Positions 1-11,119 of a DNA stretch of 64,000 nucleotides are shown here, piece by piece. The position numbers and the translations under genes are program-made. Positions within the stretch are counted from its first letter, which is position 1; every line of letters starts with the position of its first letter. The stretch lies in the NCBI GenBank assembly GCA_028534125.1, contig CM052832.1, positions 19,284,001 through 19,348,000 on the forward strand, read 5' to 3'. The notes under the pieces were generated by a model that saw nothing but the letters and a program-made list of their open reading frames with translations, did no database searches and was not told the origin of the DNA. Origin of the DNA: Lama glama (Eukaryota).

Positions 1-22
1 TTCGAAGTAAAGAACTCCTCTC
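1..22 (-). CDS. ALDH5A1: ALDH5A1 (succinate-semialdehyde dehydrogenase) exon 2, first 22 nt; continues off the left edge
   Basis: Reverse complement reads polypyrimidine tract ...tttctttttccgtttctttttcag|GAG AGG AGT TCT TTA CTT CGA A = ERSSLLR(K). This matches the recalled start of ALDH5A1 exon 2, and ALDH5A1 is the known head-to-head neighbour of GPLD1. Confidence 0.85.
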
Positions 23-384
23 CTGAAAAAGAAACGGAAAAAGAAATAGTGAAGAGACAAGTATAAGAGAGGCTATTAAATAATCTTCAATTTCCTACAG
101 TATCTATTGTGTGGTCTCATTCTTGGGGGACACACACTGACCTTTCTTTTTCTTAAAATCGAGATATAGTTGACATACAACAGTATATTCATTTGGAATG
201 TACAGACATTTCTTTGATATGTAATAACAAAGATCCAATTTCAAGTAGCATCGAACAGGGCGTACTAAGTCATAAATTGTAAAACAGAAAAAAGTTTCAT
301 GGAGCAGGTATTATTGTTTATGGTAAATATGAATAACTTTAATTTCACCACACAAAGGTGTATTTCCCTATTTTTAAACAAACT

Positions 385-1572
385 TATTTTTAATTGCAGT
401 AAAATACACATAACATAAAATTTAACATCTCTTTTTATTGAAGTATAATCAGTTTACAATGTTGTGTCAATTTCTGGTATACAGTACGGTGATTCAGTCA
501 CACATAGACATACATATATTCCTTTTCACTATTGGTTACTACAAGATATTGAATATAGTTCCCTGTGCTATAGTAGAAACTTGTTGTTTATCTATTTTAT
601 ATATAGCAGTTAGTATCTTCAAATCTCGAACTTCCAATTTATCCCTTCCCACTCCTTTTCCCCTTTGGTAACCATAAGTTTGTTTTCTATGTCTGTGAGT
701 CTGTTTCTGTTTTGTAAGTAAGTTCATTTGTGGTTTTTTTTTTAAGATTCCACATATAAGTGATATTATATGGTATTTTTCTTTCTCTTTCTGGCATCAC
801 TTAGTATGACAATCTCCAGGTCCATCCATGTTGTTGCAAATGGCATTATTTTATCATTTTTATGGGTGAGTAGTATTCCATTGTCTATATATATATCACA
901 TCTTCTTTATCCAGTCATGTGTCGATGGACATTAAGGCTGCTTCCATGTCTTGGTTATTGTAAGTAGTGCTGCTATGAACACTGAGGTTCAGGTATCTTT
1001 TCAAATTAGTTTTTGTCTTTTCCAGATGTATACTCAGGAGTGGGGTTGCTGGATCATATGGTAAGTCTATTTTAAATTTTTTAAGGAATCTCCATACTGT
1101 CTTCCATAATGGCTACACCAAACTATATTCCCAGCAACAGTGTGGGAGGGTTCCCTTTTCTCCACACTCTCTCCAGCATTTATCATTCGTGGACTTTTCA
1201 ATGACGGCCATTCTGATTGGTGTGAGGTGATACCTCATTGTAGTTTTGATTTGTATTCTGATAATTAATGATATTGAGCATAACATTTAACACCTTAATC
1301 ACTTTTAAGTGTGCAGTTCAGTGGCCTTGAGTACATTCACATTGTTGTGCGACCATCACCACCATCCATCTCCAGAACGCTTTTCATCTTGCAAAAACTG
1401 AAACTCTGTCCCTATTAAACAATAACTCTCCATGCTCCCCAGCCTCTGACAATCACCATCCTACTTTCAGTCTCTAAGAATCTGACTACTCTAGGTAGTT
1501 TATATAGACAGACTCATACAACCTTTGTCGTTTTGTGACTGGCATATTTCACTCAACACAATGTCCTCAAGT
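385..1572 (-). mobile_element. Old L1 (L1MB-like) 3' fragment, split by a younger L1 insertion
   Basis: Motifs taaaatacacataacataaaatttaac / ttttaagtgtgcagttca / ccatcaccaccatccatctccagaac flank the younger L1. Confidence 0.65.
431..1278 (-). mobile_element. 5'-truncated L1 (3'UTR plus ORF2 end), lineage-type
   Basis: Begins tttttattgaagtat, like the other young L1 3' ends in the window. Flanked by a 17-bp TSD cataaaatttaacatct (414-430) / cataacatttaacacct (1279-1295), 2 mismatches. Confidence 0.85.
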
Positions 1573-1689
1573 ACAGTTGTTTATTTTAATGACTTATTGG
1601 CAAGTTGAATTTGTCCCACAGACTGGGGTGGACATTGTGGGGTGTGTGAGGCATAAGAAAGGGTTTTTATACACTTAGGAAGAGGGCCC

Positions 1690-1793
1690 AAGCACAACAC
1701 TGTGGATGTACTTAATGCCACCAAACTGTACACTTGCAGATGGCTAAAATGGTAAATGTCATGTTATGTCCATTTCACCCTAATTTTTAAAAA
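1690..1793 (+). mobile_element. Old L1 (L1MB-like) 3' terminus fragment
   Basis: gtacttaatgccaccaaactgtacact...aaaatggtaaat...atgttatg terminal motif. Confidence 0.6.
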
Positions 1794-2656
1794 TTTCCAA
1801 AGAGGACGAAAGAATAGATTGGATTATTAACTATATTATGGAAGACAAGGTTTCCTTAAAAATTTTTTTTAAAGGAATTCATTTATATAAAATCATAAAA
1901 AAAAAAAAGAGGGCCCAGAGAGTCAGGTCAACTAGGCCACACAGAAACGCTCTAAAGGATGATGTGCCCCAGGGGCTCCAGCCTCCTGCATCTGAACAGG
2001 TGCATCTGAAGCAAAGAAAAACCTTTTGTTTATTCTTCCTGCCTGGAAAGGTTGCCCATGGCAACGAGCAAACCTGGTTTGTCATCCCATCATTCTAATC
2101 CGTTCAGCAGGCATGAGATTTAAACTGTTTTCTCGTTCCACTCACGAGAAGAGAGCCGAGACTGTGTAAACCCCACTAACCACCTTGCTCTGGGTTCTTT
2201 CCCTTCCTTATTTTGGACACAGTAGCAAGCTTCGTTACCTTAGCCCTCAAGAGTGTTGTTGAGATGAAGCCTTCTAAATCTCAATCCCCCAGAAAAGAGA
2301 CATCAACAACCCTTAAAGCAGTATTACTACAGTAATTTCACTTTGCTGACTCTCACTGTGCAATACCGGTTCAGAATCTGATGACTGTGGGCCCATGTGC
2401 TGTGGCTTATTCTGGAGGAGAAATGAAAGACTAAAATCTAGGAGGCCCAGCTTAGAGAAAGAAATTAAACATGAGGAAATGGTGCTGTGAGGACTTCAGC
2501 ACCATCCGCAGTCTGAGAGAGAAAGATAAGAAGGTGGAGCAGCATGAGCACTGTGAGGACAGGAAGCAGACTCTACTTGCTGGCGGAGCACACAACGTCC
2601 AGGCCGCACACGGACACCAGCAGAGGCAGCGACTCACCCTTCGTGTGTGCAGCCCA

Positions 2657-3405
2657 TGTGAGGGGTTAGCTGTGTCTTCCCAAAAAAGGCATGTTGGTGT
2701 CCCAATCTCCACTACCTCAGAATGTGACCTTCTTTGGAGATGGGGGGGTGTCTTTTTTTTTTTTAATATATAAATCTTAAACTTTATTTTGGCAGACTTG
2801 TTTTTTATAGGCATTGGTTTAAAATCATTACTTTTCAGAAATGATACTTTGAAAAGCAAAAAATGCAAAGGTTTAATACTTTCTTTTACTTCAGATATAC
2901 ATAGTAATGACCCAGGAATAACAATTCTGCATTTTTTACCAGTTAAGAGCAAACAGATCTAGAGAATGGGAGCCTAAAACGTCTCCCTTATACATTCCGA
3001 AACTGCTGGGTGAGGCTGGCTTCTCTCCTGGTTCCAGGACCCTAGGGTGAGGGGACCACGTAGTCCTCCCCATGTATGTGTGGGGTTGGCGGGGTGGGAG
3101 TGGGGGGAGGGGATGGGGTCTTGACAGAGATAATCACGTTCAAGTGAGGTCATGAGGGTGGGCCCTAATCTAATATGACTGGTGTCCTTCTAAAACAGGG
3201 AGATGTGCACACAGAAAGAAACACGCACAGAGGGCGGATGTTGAGAAGGGACACAGGGAGAAGACGGACATCTGTGAATCAAGGAGAGGGGCCTGGGACA
3301 GATCCTGTGCTCAGAGCCACAGGAGGACCCAACCCTGCTGACATCTTATTTTAGCCTTGTTGCCCCCGAACACAGACGATAAACTTCTTTAAACCACCAA
3401 TTTGT
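2657..3405 (+). mobile_element. MaLR LTR (MLT1 family), interrupted at ~2753-3111
   Basis: cctcagaatgtgacct...ggagatggg before the break; gtgaggtcatgagggtgggccctaatctaatatgactggtgtcctt after it. Confidence 0.75.
2753..3111 (-). pseudogene. Candidate retrocopy (processed 3'UTR fragment or orphan 3' transduction), parent unknown
   Basis: On the - strand: AATAAA (2783-2788), poly(A) (2753-2764), and imperfect TSD gatggg...tctt on both sides (2739-2754 / 3112-3122). It splits an MLT1 LTR. Confidence 0.6.
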
Positions 3406-3663
3406 GGTTTAAAGGAAACCCCTACAGCCTTTGTAGGGAGCTGAGTGTGCAGGCTCAAATTGGGGTCCTGGGAGGCTCATGGGAGATGGAGTCACGTGGG
3501 GTTCAAATCCCAGATCCTCCAGTTAAGCAAGAGAAGTGACAGATGACGAACGAGAAGCCGCTGTCAGCCAGTCTCCTCATCCGGAGCCGGTTCCAGTACC
3601 TCCCTTCCGGGGCCCTTGAAAGGACTAAACAAAACACACGTGAGGTACAAGAACAGTACTCAG

Positions 3664-4085
3664 CTGTGGCAGGCACAATCCTGGTCCTCAAAGACGCCCT
3701 CATCCTAATCCCTGGAACCTGTGAATATGCTACTTTATAAGGCAAAGGGCCCGCCGATGTGATCAAGTTAAGGATCTCCAGGTGAGGAGAGGATCTTGCG
3801 TTATTCAGGTGGGCCCAATGTCAAGGACCCTATAAGAGAGGCAGGACCTGGCGCAGGCAGAGAAGGTGATGCGATGCCGGAAGCAGAGGTCGGAGTGATG
3901 TGGGACCTCTGACCAGGGAATGCCGGAGGCCTCTAGAAACTGGAACAGGCAAGGAAACAGCGAAGGAATGCAGCCCTGCGAACCCGCTTTGGACTTCCGA
4001 CCTCCAGAACCGTAAGAGTAAATCTTGCTGTGTTACATCCCTAAGCAGGGGTAATGCGTCCCGGCAACCGCAGGAAACTGACGCC
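3664..4085 (+). mobile_element. MaLR solo LTR (MLT1D-like)
   Basis: tgtggcaggc...catcctaatccctggaacctgtgaatatg...ggacttccgacctccagaaccgtaaga...gcaggaaactga. Confidence 0.75.
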
Positions 4086-4789
4086 TTAGCGTCTAAGGCG
4101 GTCAAGAGATAGCAGCTCCCTTCCATCCCGGAATTCCTCCGAGTTCACGAGGTGGGGAAGGGGGTCATAAAACATGTGAAAACAAAGATGTGAGGCGGTG
4201 CGAAAGGTGTCAGGGGGAGTGCGGGACAAGGTATGGACCGCTACGGGTTCAGAGATGGGGGAATGATGGAAAGCTGTGTGGTCTAACAGGCTCACCGGCG
4301 GACATAATACACGAGAGAGGCCCCATGAATGGTTGATGTGAATGGGCCTAGAGAAGGAAGGGGTTGAGGGGAAGCTGGGGAGCGGGGGGAGCAGGGGAGT
4401 GAGCAGTAAGGCCTGGGAGCAAGAGAGCTGCTTACAAGCTGCGTTTGTGCCCCGCCATCCAAGCTGCAGAGGGGGAGCCGGTTTCCTAGGGAAACTCGAT
4501 CCCGCCTCCTCCTTAGTAAGGTACCAGAGAAGACCCAAGCTCTTCTAAGACACATGCTGACTTCACATCAATGTTCAAGGGTCGGAGCCATTAGGATGGG
4601 AGGTGTGAACTGAACAGCAGGGGACGGTGCCTGTAGCAGGGACAGGTCCCAACACCAGCCCAGCGCTACAAATCACCACTGAACCGGAGACGTGGCTAGA
4701 AGAGCTCCTGGACACCGGTAACACCCGCCCACGGCAGGCAGACGCTAGGGGCCTTCGTGGGGTCCCAAGATGACTCCAGAGGCCCCAGG

Positions 4790-6222
4790 GGTCATCCTTG
4801 ATGCTCTCCCTTCCCGTGAACTCATTCCCCACGGCTGTAAATGCACACGTGTGACTCCCACACTTTTAAGCTCCAGGCCCAAGTAGTCAATTGCCTACCT
4901 GACAGCCTCACTTGAGTATCTAACAGACATCTCAGACTCGGCGTGTTCAAAGCTGAGCTCCGATTTCTCACCCCAGTGCTGCTCCTCTCACACCCTCACC
5001 CATCTCAGTAGATGATCACTCCTTCCTTCCAGGGGCTCTGGCCAAAAGCCCTGGGGTCATTGTTGAGTTCTGTCTTTCTCTCACTTTGTCTGTAATAATC
5101 CGTCAGGGAATCCAGTTGCCTCTACCTTCAAAATACATCCTTTATCAGAACACTCCTAACCACCTCCACGGCTACCACTCTAGTTCAAGCCGTCCTCATC
5201 TCCCACCTGAATAGCCTCCTGACTGTCTCTGGGCTCCTACCACAGCCCCTCCTGCAATCTATCCTCAGCACTGTGGCCAGAGCATCCTTCCACAGTGCAA
5301 GCTAGAGATCTCTGCTTCGGCCCTGAAATGGAACCCTGCCTCGTTCTAAGTAGAACCCCACCTGGTCCTTAGAATGTCTATATGCCCGCTCCATCCAGCT
5401 GCGGGTTCCATTGTCTATGACCTCCGCCTGTGACCTGTTCCCTTTGTCAGCCCACTCTGCTCACAGGCCTCCTTGCTGTTCTTCAAATGCGTCATGCGTG
5501 CACCTGACTCAGGATTTTTGCTCCAGCTGAACTCCATGGCCGCCTTTGGTCTTTGCATCTCTTCCTCAGTGAGGCCTACCCTGATGTTAGAGTCTGAGTG
5601 TCTCCCCCAAATTCAAGTAACCCCCAGCACCTCAGAATGTGACTGCACTGGAAGAGAGGGTCCTGAAGGAGGTTATTAAGGTTAAGTGAAGTCATAAGGG
5701 AGGGTCTTAACGACTCCAGGATGACTGGTGTCTTGACCAGAAGGGATTAGGGCACCTCCAGGTAGAGGGGAGACCGTGTGAAAATAGGGGGAAAATGACC
5801 ATCTACAAACCAAGGAGGGACAGGCCTCAGAAGAAACCAACTCTGCTGATACCTTGATCTTGGATTTCTAGCTTCCAGAACTGTGAGACAAGAAATTTCT
5901 TTTATTCTAGCCACCTGGTCTGTGGTACTTGGTTACAGCAGCCCTAGCAAACTAATACCCCGGCCCACATTGCTAACACTGCATCTGGCCCCTGATCCTC
6001 TTAGCCAGCTCTGCCTCTCTTCCCTCATAGCATTCGTCACTTGTCACATACTTACTTGTTTAGACACATCTCATTTATAAATTAGATCTCCCCTCTGCTC
6101 CTCAACCCCAAGTGAACTCCACGAGGGCAGGAATCTTTTCTTGACTGCTGTATTCCAAGCACCTCCACCAGCGCATGGCATATAGCAGGTGCTCAGAAAA
6201 TATCTGACAGATGAATGAATGT
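4790..6222 (+). mobile_element. L2 3' fragments, interrupted by an MLT1 LTR
   Basis: L2 motifs (tctaacagacatctcagactc, ctctaccttcaaaatacatcc) ending in the gatgaatgaat tail at ~6210-6221. Confidence 0.65.
5585..5960 (+). mobile_element. MaLR solo LTR (MLT1A-like) nested in L2
   Basis: cccccagcacctcagaatgtgact...gaaaccaactctgctgataccttgatcttggatttctagcttccagaactgtgaga...gcagccctagcaaactaatac. Confidence 0.75.
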
Positions 6223-6937
6223 TAAGACTCCCTGGGTGCTTAGACCTCATTGCTGGCTGTGCATCTTCCTTCAGAGGGAGGATGCTGAAGGATAGGGTAG
6301 AAGATGACATTGCTGGGCTAGCTCCAGGTGTCACATAATAAATGGAGGAAGAAAATCTCTAAGTTTTTACTCTTTCTCACACATCCCCAACCCTGCACCC
6401 CCAGATCTCCAGAGTTCTCTTTGTCAGTTAACAGCACCTCTTTATTCAGACCCCAGACCTGGAGAATGGTCCCGGACTTGTCCCTTCCCCTGCACAAAGC
6501 CCAGTTCTTTCCACAGTTCACTCCACTGCCGAGTTCGTGACTCCAGCCCGGGCACTCACTACCAGCCTCCTCGTGGACCCCTGCAGCCGCCTCTGGCATG
6601 GTCTCCCAGCAGCCAGGGAGGTACTTCAGATGCTCTGAAGAGTCACGTGCTCTCACCTCCCCGCCCCCTCCCATCTACTTGTTCACCATACACCTGACTC
6701 CCTTGTAATGACATGTTCACTTTTCTGCCTCCCCTACTGGACAGTTGATGAGGCTTGGGGGCGGTCCGTGTTCCTAACGCCTGGCACAGTGCTTGGCACA
6801 AAGCCCACGCTCCAAACTTATTTGTTGATCATCTCTTTTCTTGTTACTATGACTTTCTGCACGGTGTATCCCAGAGCACTGGGGGAGGGGGGAGGAGACG
6901 GAGATGGTTTCACTAGGGGGCAAAACCCAAAGCCCCC

Positions 6938-7437
6938 NNNNNNNNNNNNNNNNNNNNNNNNNNNNNNNNNNNNNNNNNNNNNNNNNNNNNNNNNNNNNNN
7001 NNNNNNNNNNNNNNNNNNNNNNNNNNNNNNNNNNNNNNNNNNNNNNNNNNNNNNNNNNNNNNNNNNNNNNNNNNNNNNNNNNNNNNNNNNNNNNNNNNNN
7101 NNNNNNNNNNNNNNNNNNNNNNNNNNNNNNNNNNNNNNNNNNNNNNNNNNNNNNNNNNNNNNNNNNNNNNNNNNNNNNNNNNNNNNNNNNNNNNNNNNNN
7201 NNNNNNNNNNNNNNNNNNNNNNNNNNNNNNNNNNNNNNNNNNNNNNNNNNNNNNNNNNNNNNNNNNNNNNNNNNNNNNNNNNNNNNNNNNNNNNNNNNNN
7301 NNNNNNNNNNNNNNNNNNNNNNNNNNNNNNNNNNNNNNNNNNNNNNNNNNNNNNNNNNNNNNNNNNNNNNNNNNNNNNNNNNNNNNNNNNNNNNNNNNNN
7401 NNNNNNNNNNNNNNNNNNNNNNNNNNNNNNNNNNNNN
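6938..7437. other. Assembly gap (500 N)
   Basis: Run of exactly 500 N; probably a placeholder size. Confidence 0.99.
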
Positions 7438-8955
7438 TTTTTTTTTTTTTTAGAGGATTGGATTTTTATTTGTAAAAGGCCAAGGCAGTACTTTGCATTT
7501 TGACTGGTTTTTGCTGAGTCACTGTCACTCAGTCTTGAGTCTTGAATCTGGCAGAAATGGGGACGGCGGAGTTTAATCTTTTGTGTGAGTGGTTTCACTT
7601 TTTGGTTCTGTATTCTATTGAAGGAATGAGGGGAGAGAGGCAGTCCTGATGGAGACAGCCCCCGGTTGGGTATCACTCTCAGGACAGGGGAGCTGGCGTG
7701 TTTCCATCTACCGCCGGTAGAGGGAGCTCTATGGATAGCTGATTTATACGGGTTTAGGGAAATCTGTTCTATCCAGCAACCTGAGGCCCAGAGAAGTGAA
7801 GTTGCCTATGGCTACCTCCCTTGATACAAAATTAAGACAGGTTTTGTTTCTAACGGTGCCCACTCTCTTTCCTGGCTGACTTCTCAGTCAGGCACAGTAG
7901 GTAAAATGTCTAGGCCTCAGAGTACTTTTAGGGGCACACAAAAAAGTTTAATTTCTTCTAAAATCAGAAGAAAAAATAAACTTTTATGTTGGCTACTAAT
8001 ATATTAATCTTTATACCAATGCAGATGTAAATTGTGATTTTTTTCAAAAACTTCTGTTTTTATGAAGGAAGGGACCCACCAAGGCAAAAGTGCCTAATAG
8101 GGTGTAGGAAATTCATCGAGTGTTGTCATCTGTGTCGGTCCTGTCCCCCACGTGCCCCCCCCCCTTCTGTGCCCTTGGCAAGCTCCCATTCGGAGCAGGA
8201 ACAATTACCTCCTTGTTCCTGTCTTGCTTCTAGATTGCCCTGATCCACCCCCCCCCCCCAGCTGGCCAGCTGTGCTCACCAGGGCTCCTAAGGATAAGAC
8301 CACCAGGTGATGGGGACCTTCCTTCTTTTCTCCTTGGCTTGCCCTTGTCCTGAGAATCCCACCTCCTAATCTTCACCCTTCTCCATCCTCTCCCCCATTG
8401 GCTATAAGGGAACTCTGGTGACCACAACATATTAGACTTGTGTAGAAGTGAGTTGAAATTGTTTGTTTTATCTCAAAAGTTTCTGGACCTTAAAACTGAA
8501 TCTCATTTATCTACACAAGGAGACCCACCTTCACTTCAAAAGCCCCACCCAGTGTTGCTTTATACACGAATCTAAATTGTTGTAAAAGATGCATTGCTGA
8601 ATACCTGAGCGTGATTTTCTTTTTTTAAATTCACTAAGGAAAATAGTTACTTAGAAATCTAAGGTGAACCTTTTAGAAAGGGAAATTTTCTTTTTAATGA
8701 CAATAGAATGATCATTTGGTAATTTCTTACTGAGAAGCATGTTTACCTCTCAACTGATGCCTCTGTTTCCAGAAAGTTCGAAGTGGTAGACTCATGCTAT
8801 CTATTTTATAACAAAGCCACCTGTATTAGGAAAGAGGGGGTGGGGTGGAAAGAAAAATAATTCCATACACTTCTTATTTGTCAGACAGTTTTCTTAATAT
8901 TGGCAGCAGTACGTTAACTTTCCTTTAAAAGTCATGTCTTTGTTTTCATAGTTAT

Positions 8956-9448
8956 TGTGAACGAAAATACTGCAATGTGAGTGAAATACTGCAACCATAT
9001 CAGTAAACAAAGAATGCTGAAACCAAGTCATCAGCGGCTGCCGCCACCCCCCAGTGGGGACAGGCCTGCAGCCCAGCCTCTGCAGCCACTCACAATGGTG
9101 CCCTCTGAGCGGACTCAGAATAAGAAAGGACAGGATACTGGCCCTAGATAGCTAGGTGCCTGTCAAAGGAATGAATTCAGTGAGCCCAAATGTTTGCTTC
9201 CTCCCATACATAGAAAAGCACTAAATTCTTTAACTTGAGATGCCTGGTTTTCTTTAGATAACAAGCAATCTTTTGTTGTTCCAACTACCTGGTCTTTGTT
9301 GTAAAGCTCCTATATAACCTAGCTCCTCCCCTACCTCTTCAGAGCAGTCCCTCAGAGCGATTTGAGAGGCTGTCATCCTGGCTCGAGTCCTCCCTCCAAA
9401 TAAAACATAACTTTTAACTTTTAGGCTGCAAGTTTATTTTACTCAGCA
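8956..9448 (+). mobile_element. ERV solo LTR (ERV1-like)
   Basis: TG...CA ends with 4-bp TSD ttat (8952-8955 / 9449-9452); TATA-like tatataa 9311-9317; AATAAA 9399-9404. Confidence 0.75.
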
Positions 9449-10910
9449 TTATAAAAGTAACACAAACTTCATAAAAGCTCAAGCAAGTATTGTCCTATAA
9501 AGGCTCTATTTCATAACTGTCACACTATTCTGCCTAAGCAAAGAATTCCCTCCTATTTTACGCACATAAAATTAAGTCCTTCTGAACCTTAAACACACCA
9601 AAAAAATGTATAGAATGAGAAATCTGGGATTCATATTGCTTAGTTACTGAACCCTGAACCCAGTTCCTTCTTTGGTGCTTTTTGGATGGGTTAGTTTTAT
9701 GAAATGTGGTTTGTTTTAGATGACATTAGGACACAATTAGACTGTTTTCAGGCAGTGTTATATTTTCCCTGTCGACCCTTTGAATCATCTTACTGTTATT
9801 CACTGAATACTCCCAGATGCTCTGGGCTTACAGAGCCCTAAGTTATAATCACCACCATCTCACCTGCAGGCTCTGGAAAGCCCAGAGTGAGAGGGGAACA
9901 AACTCCATGGCCTCTGGTGGCCAGAAGGGTCATGGAAACCTGCACACATTTTGTGGATGGCGAGGACTGGAGGACATGGGGAGGGCATGCTCTGTCTGGG
10001 GACAGGGGGCTGCTGGCTTCTCAGCTTCAGCTGATTGTCCTATCATATGTCAGTTCATGAAGCAGTTCTTTGTTGTTGTTTTTAAGGAAAGCTAGAAATA
10101 TAGATTTCTATGAGGACTTTTTCCCATAAAAAAGAGTTGACCTAAGTTTATAAAACATCCTATTAGCCAAACAAAACACACTAGATTATGGCCTCTGACC
10201 TAGGAACAGTCAGAAGCAGCTGGGTTGAGGGAGGGCTGGGGGCTTCCTTTCCTCGGGGCTTTGCAGGTGGCAGAGCTAGAGTTACAGAGGAAACTTGGCA
10301 AACGCCTAAGGGTCTCAGATCATCCTGTCTTCTATCCTTCTCTTCCATTTGGCTACCCTGAGAGCGAATACCGTGCCCTCCCACTCTTAGGCTCTCCTTC
10401 CTTGCTTTTAATGTGTAAATACACATAATTGGAGCTTTCAGATCACCACTTCTTTGAAGAGTTTAACCTAACTTTTCCCATGGATTAAGTACTATAGATT
10501 GGATGCGTGATATCAGGTGTATTCTGAGCCAAGCATTTTCCAAATCCTTCTTTCTTGGTCCGCAATCTTTCTCTTCCTAGTCACCCCACCTTGAAAGTGG
10601 AACCAGCATCTTTGCTTGGGCTGCGGGAACCTGGCCGTGCAGCAGGCTCGGGGTAAGCCCTGTAAGAGCAGCCAAGATAGTAGGACCAGGAGTGGTTGCT
10701 GTTGTGTAATCCCATGCAAGTGTCATTATCTGTTGCCAAACACTGAAAGAGAAGCCGGTTCCAGCTGATCATCATAAAAGCTTTCCCAGCGCTTGTGACT
10801 TCAGAGGCCGAGGAATCAGGGCAACCTGATGTATGTGGGAAGATGCATGCGCGATCAGCTCTTGCAAGGTGAGGTGGCCAATATGTTGACTCAGTACAAA
10901 CAGGTGAGCC

Positions 10911-11031
10911 TTTTTGGGGGAGAGGGAGGAGTAATTAGGTTTGTTTATTTATATGGAGGTAGTGGGGATTGAACCCAGGACCTCGTACATGCTAACTAAG
11001 CAGGCACTCTACCATTGAGCTATACCCTCCC
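10911..11031 (-). mobile_element. tRNA-derived SINE (camelid vic-1-like)
   Basis: Reverse complement gggagggtatagctcaatggtagag...gaggtcctgggttcaatcccc with A/B boxes, then an A-rich / C-rich tail; five more copies in the window. Confidence 0.85.
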
Positions 11032-11119
11032 TACTCTTTTGTTTTCTAAGAAGCAAAGGATATTTGGAGACAGCTTGACTTGTGTCTCCATCCAAATTTC
11101 ACGTTACAAAGAAACCCAG

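Noticed and set aside
2452..2952. 166-aa minus-strand ORF
   Set aside because: Non-ATG start; crosses a poly(A) tail and MLT1 sequence; no recognisable protein features.
3503..4832. Cluster of overlapping 65-150 aa ORFs
   Set aside because: GC-rich LTR and intronic sequence with ORFs on both strands; no recognisable domains or splice support.
6708..7676. Long ORFs of 199-300 aa in the ORF track
   Set aside because: They run through the N gap (X residues) and are artefacts.
7895..8110. Possible DNA-transposon remnant
   Set aside because: Looks MITE-like, but I could not define termini or family.
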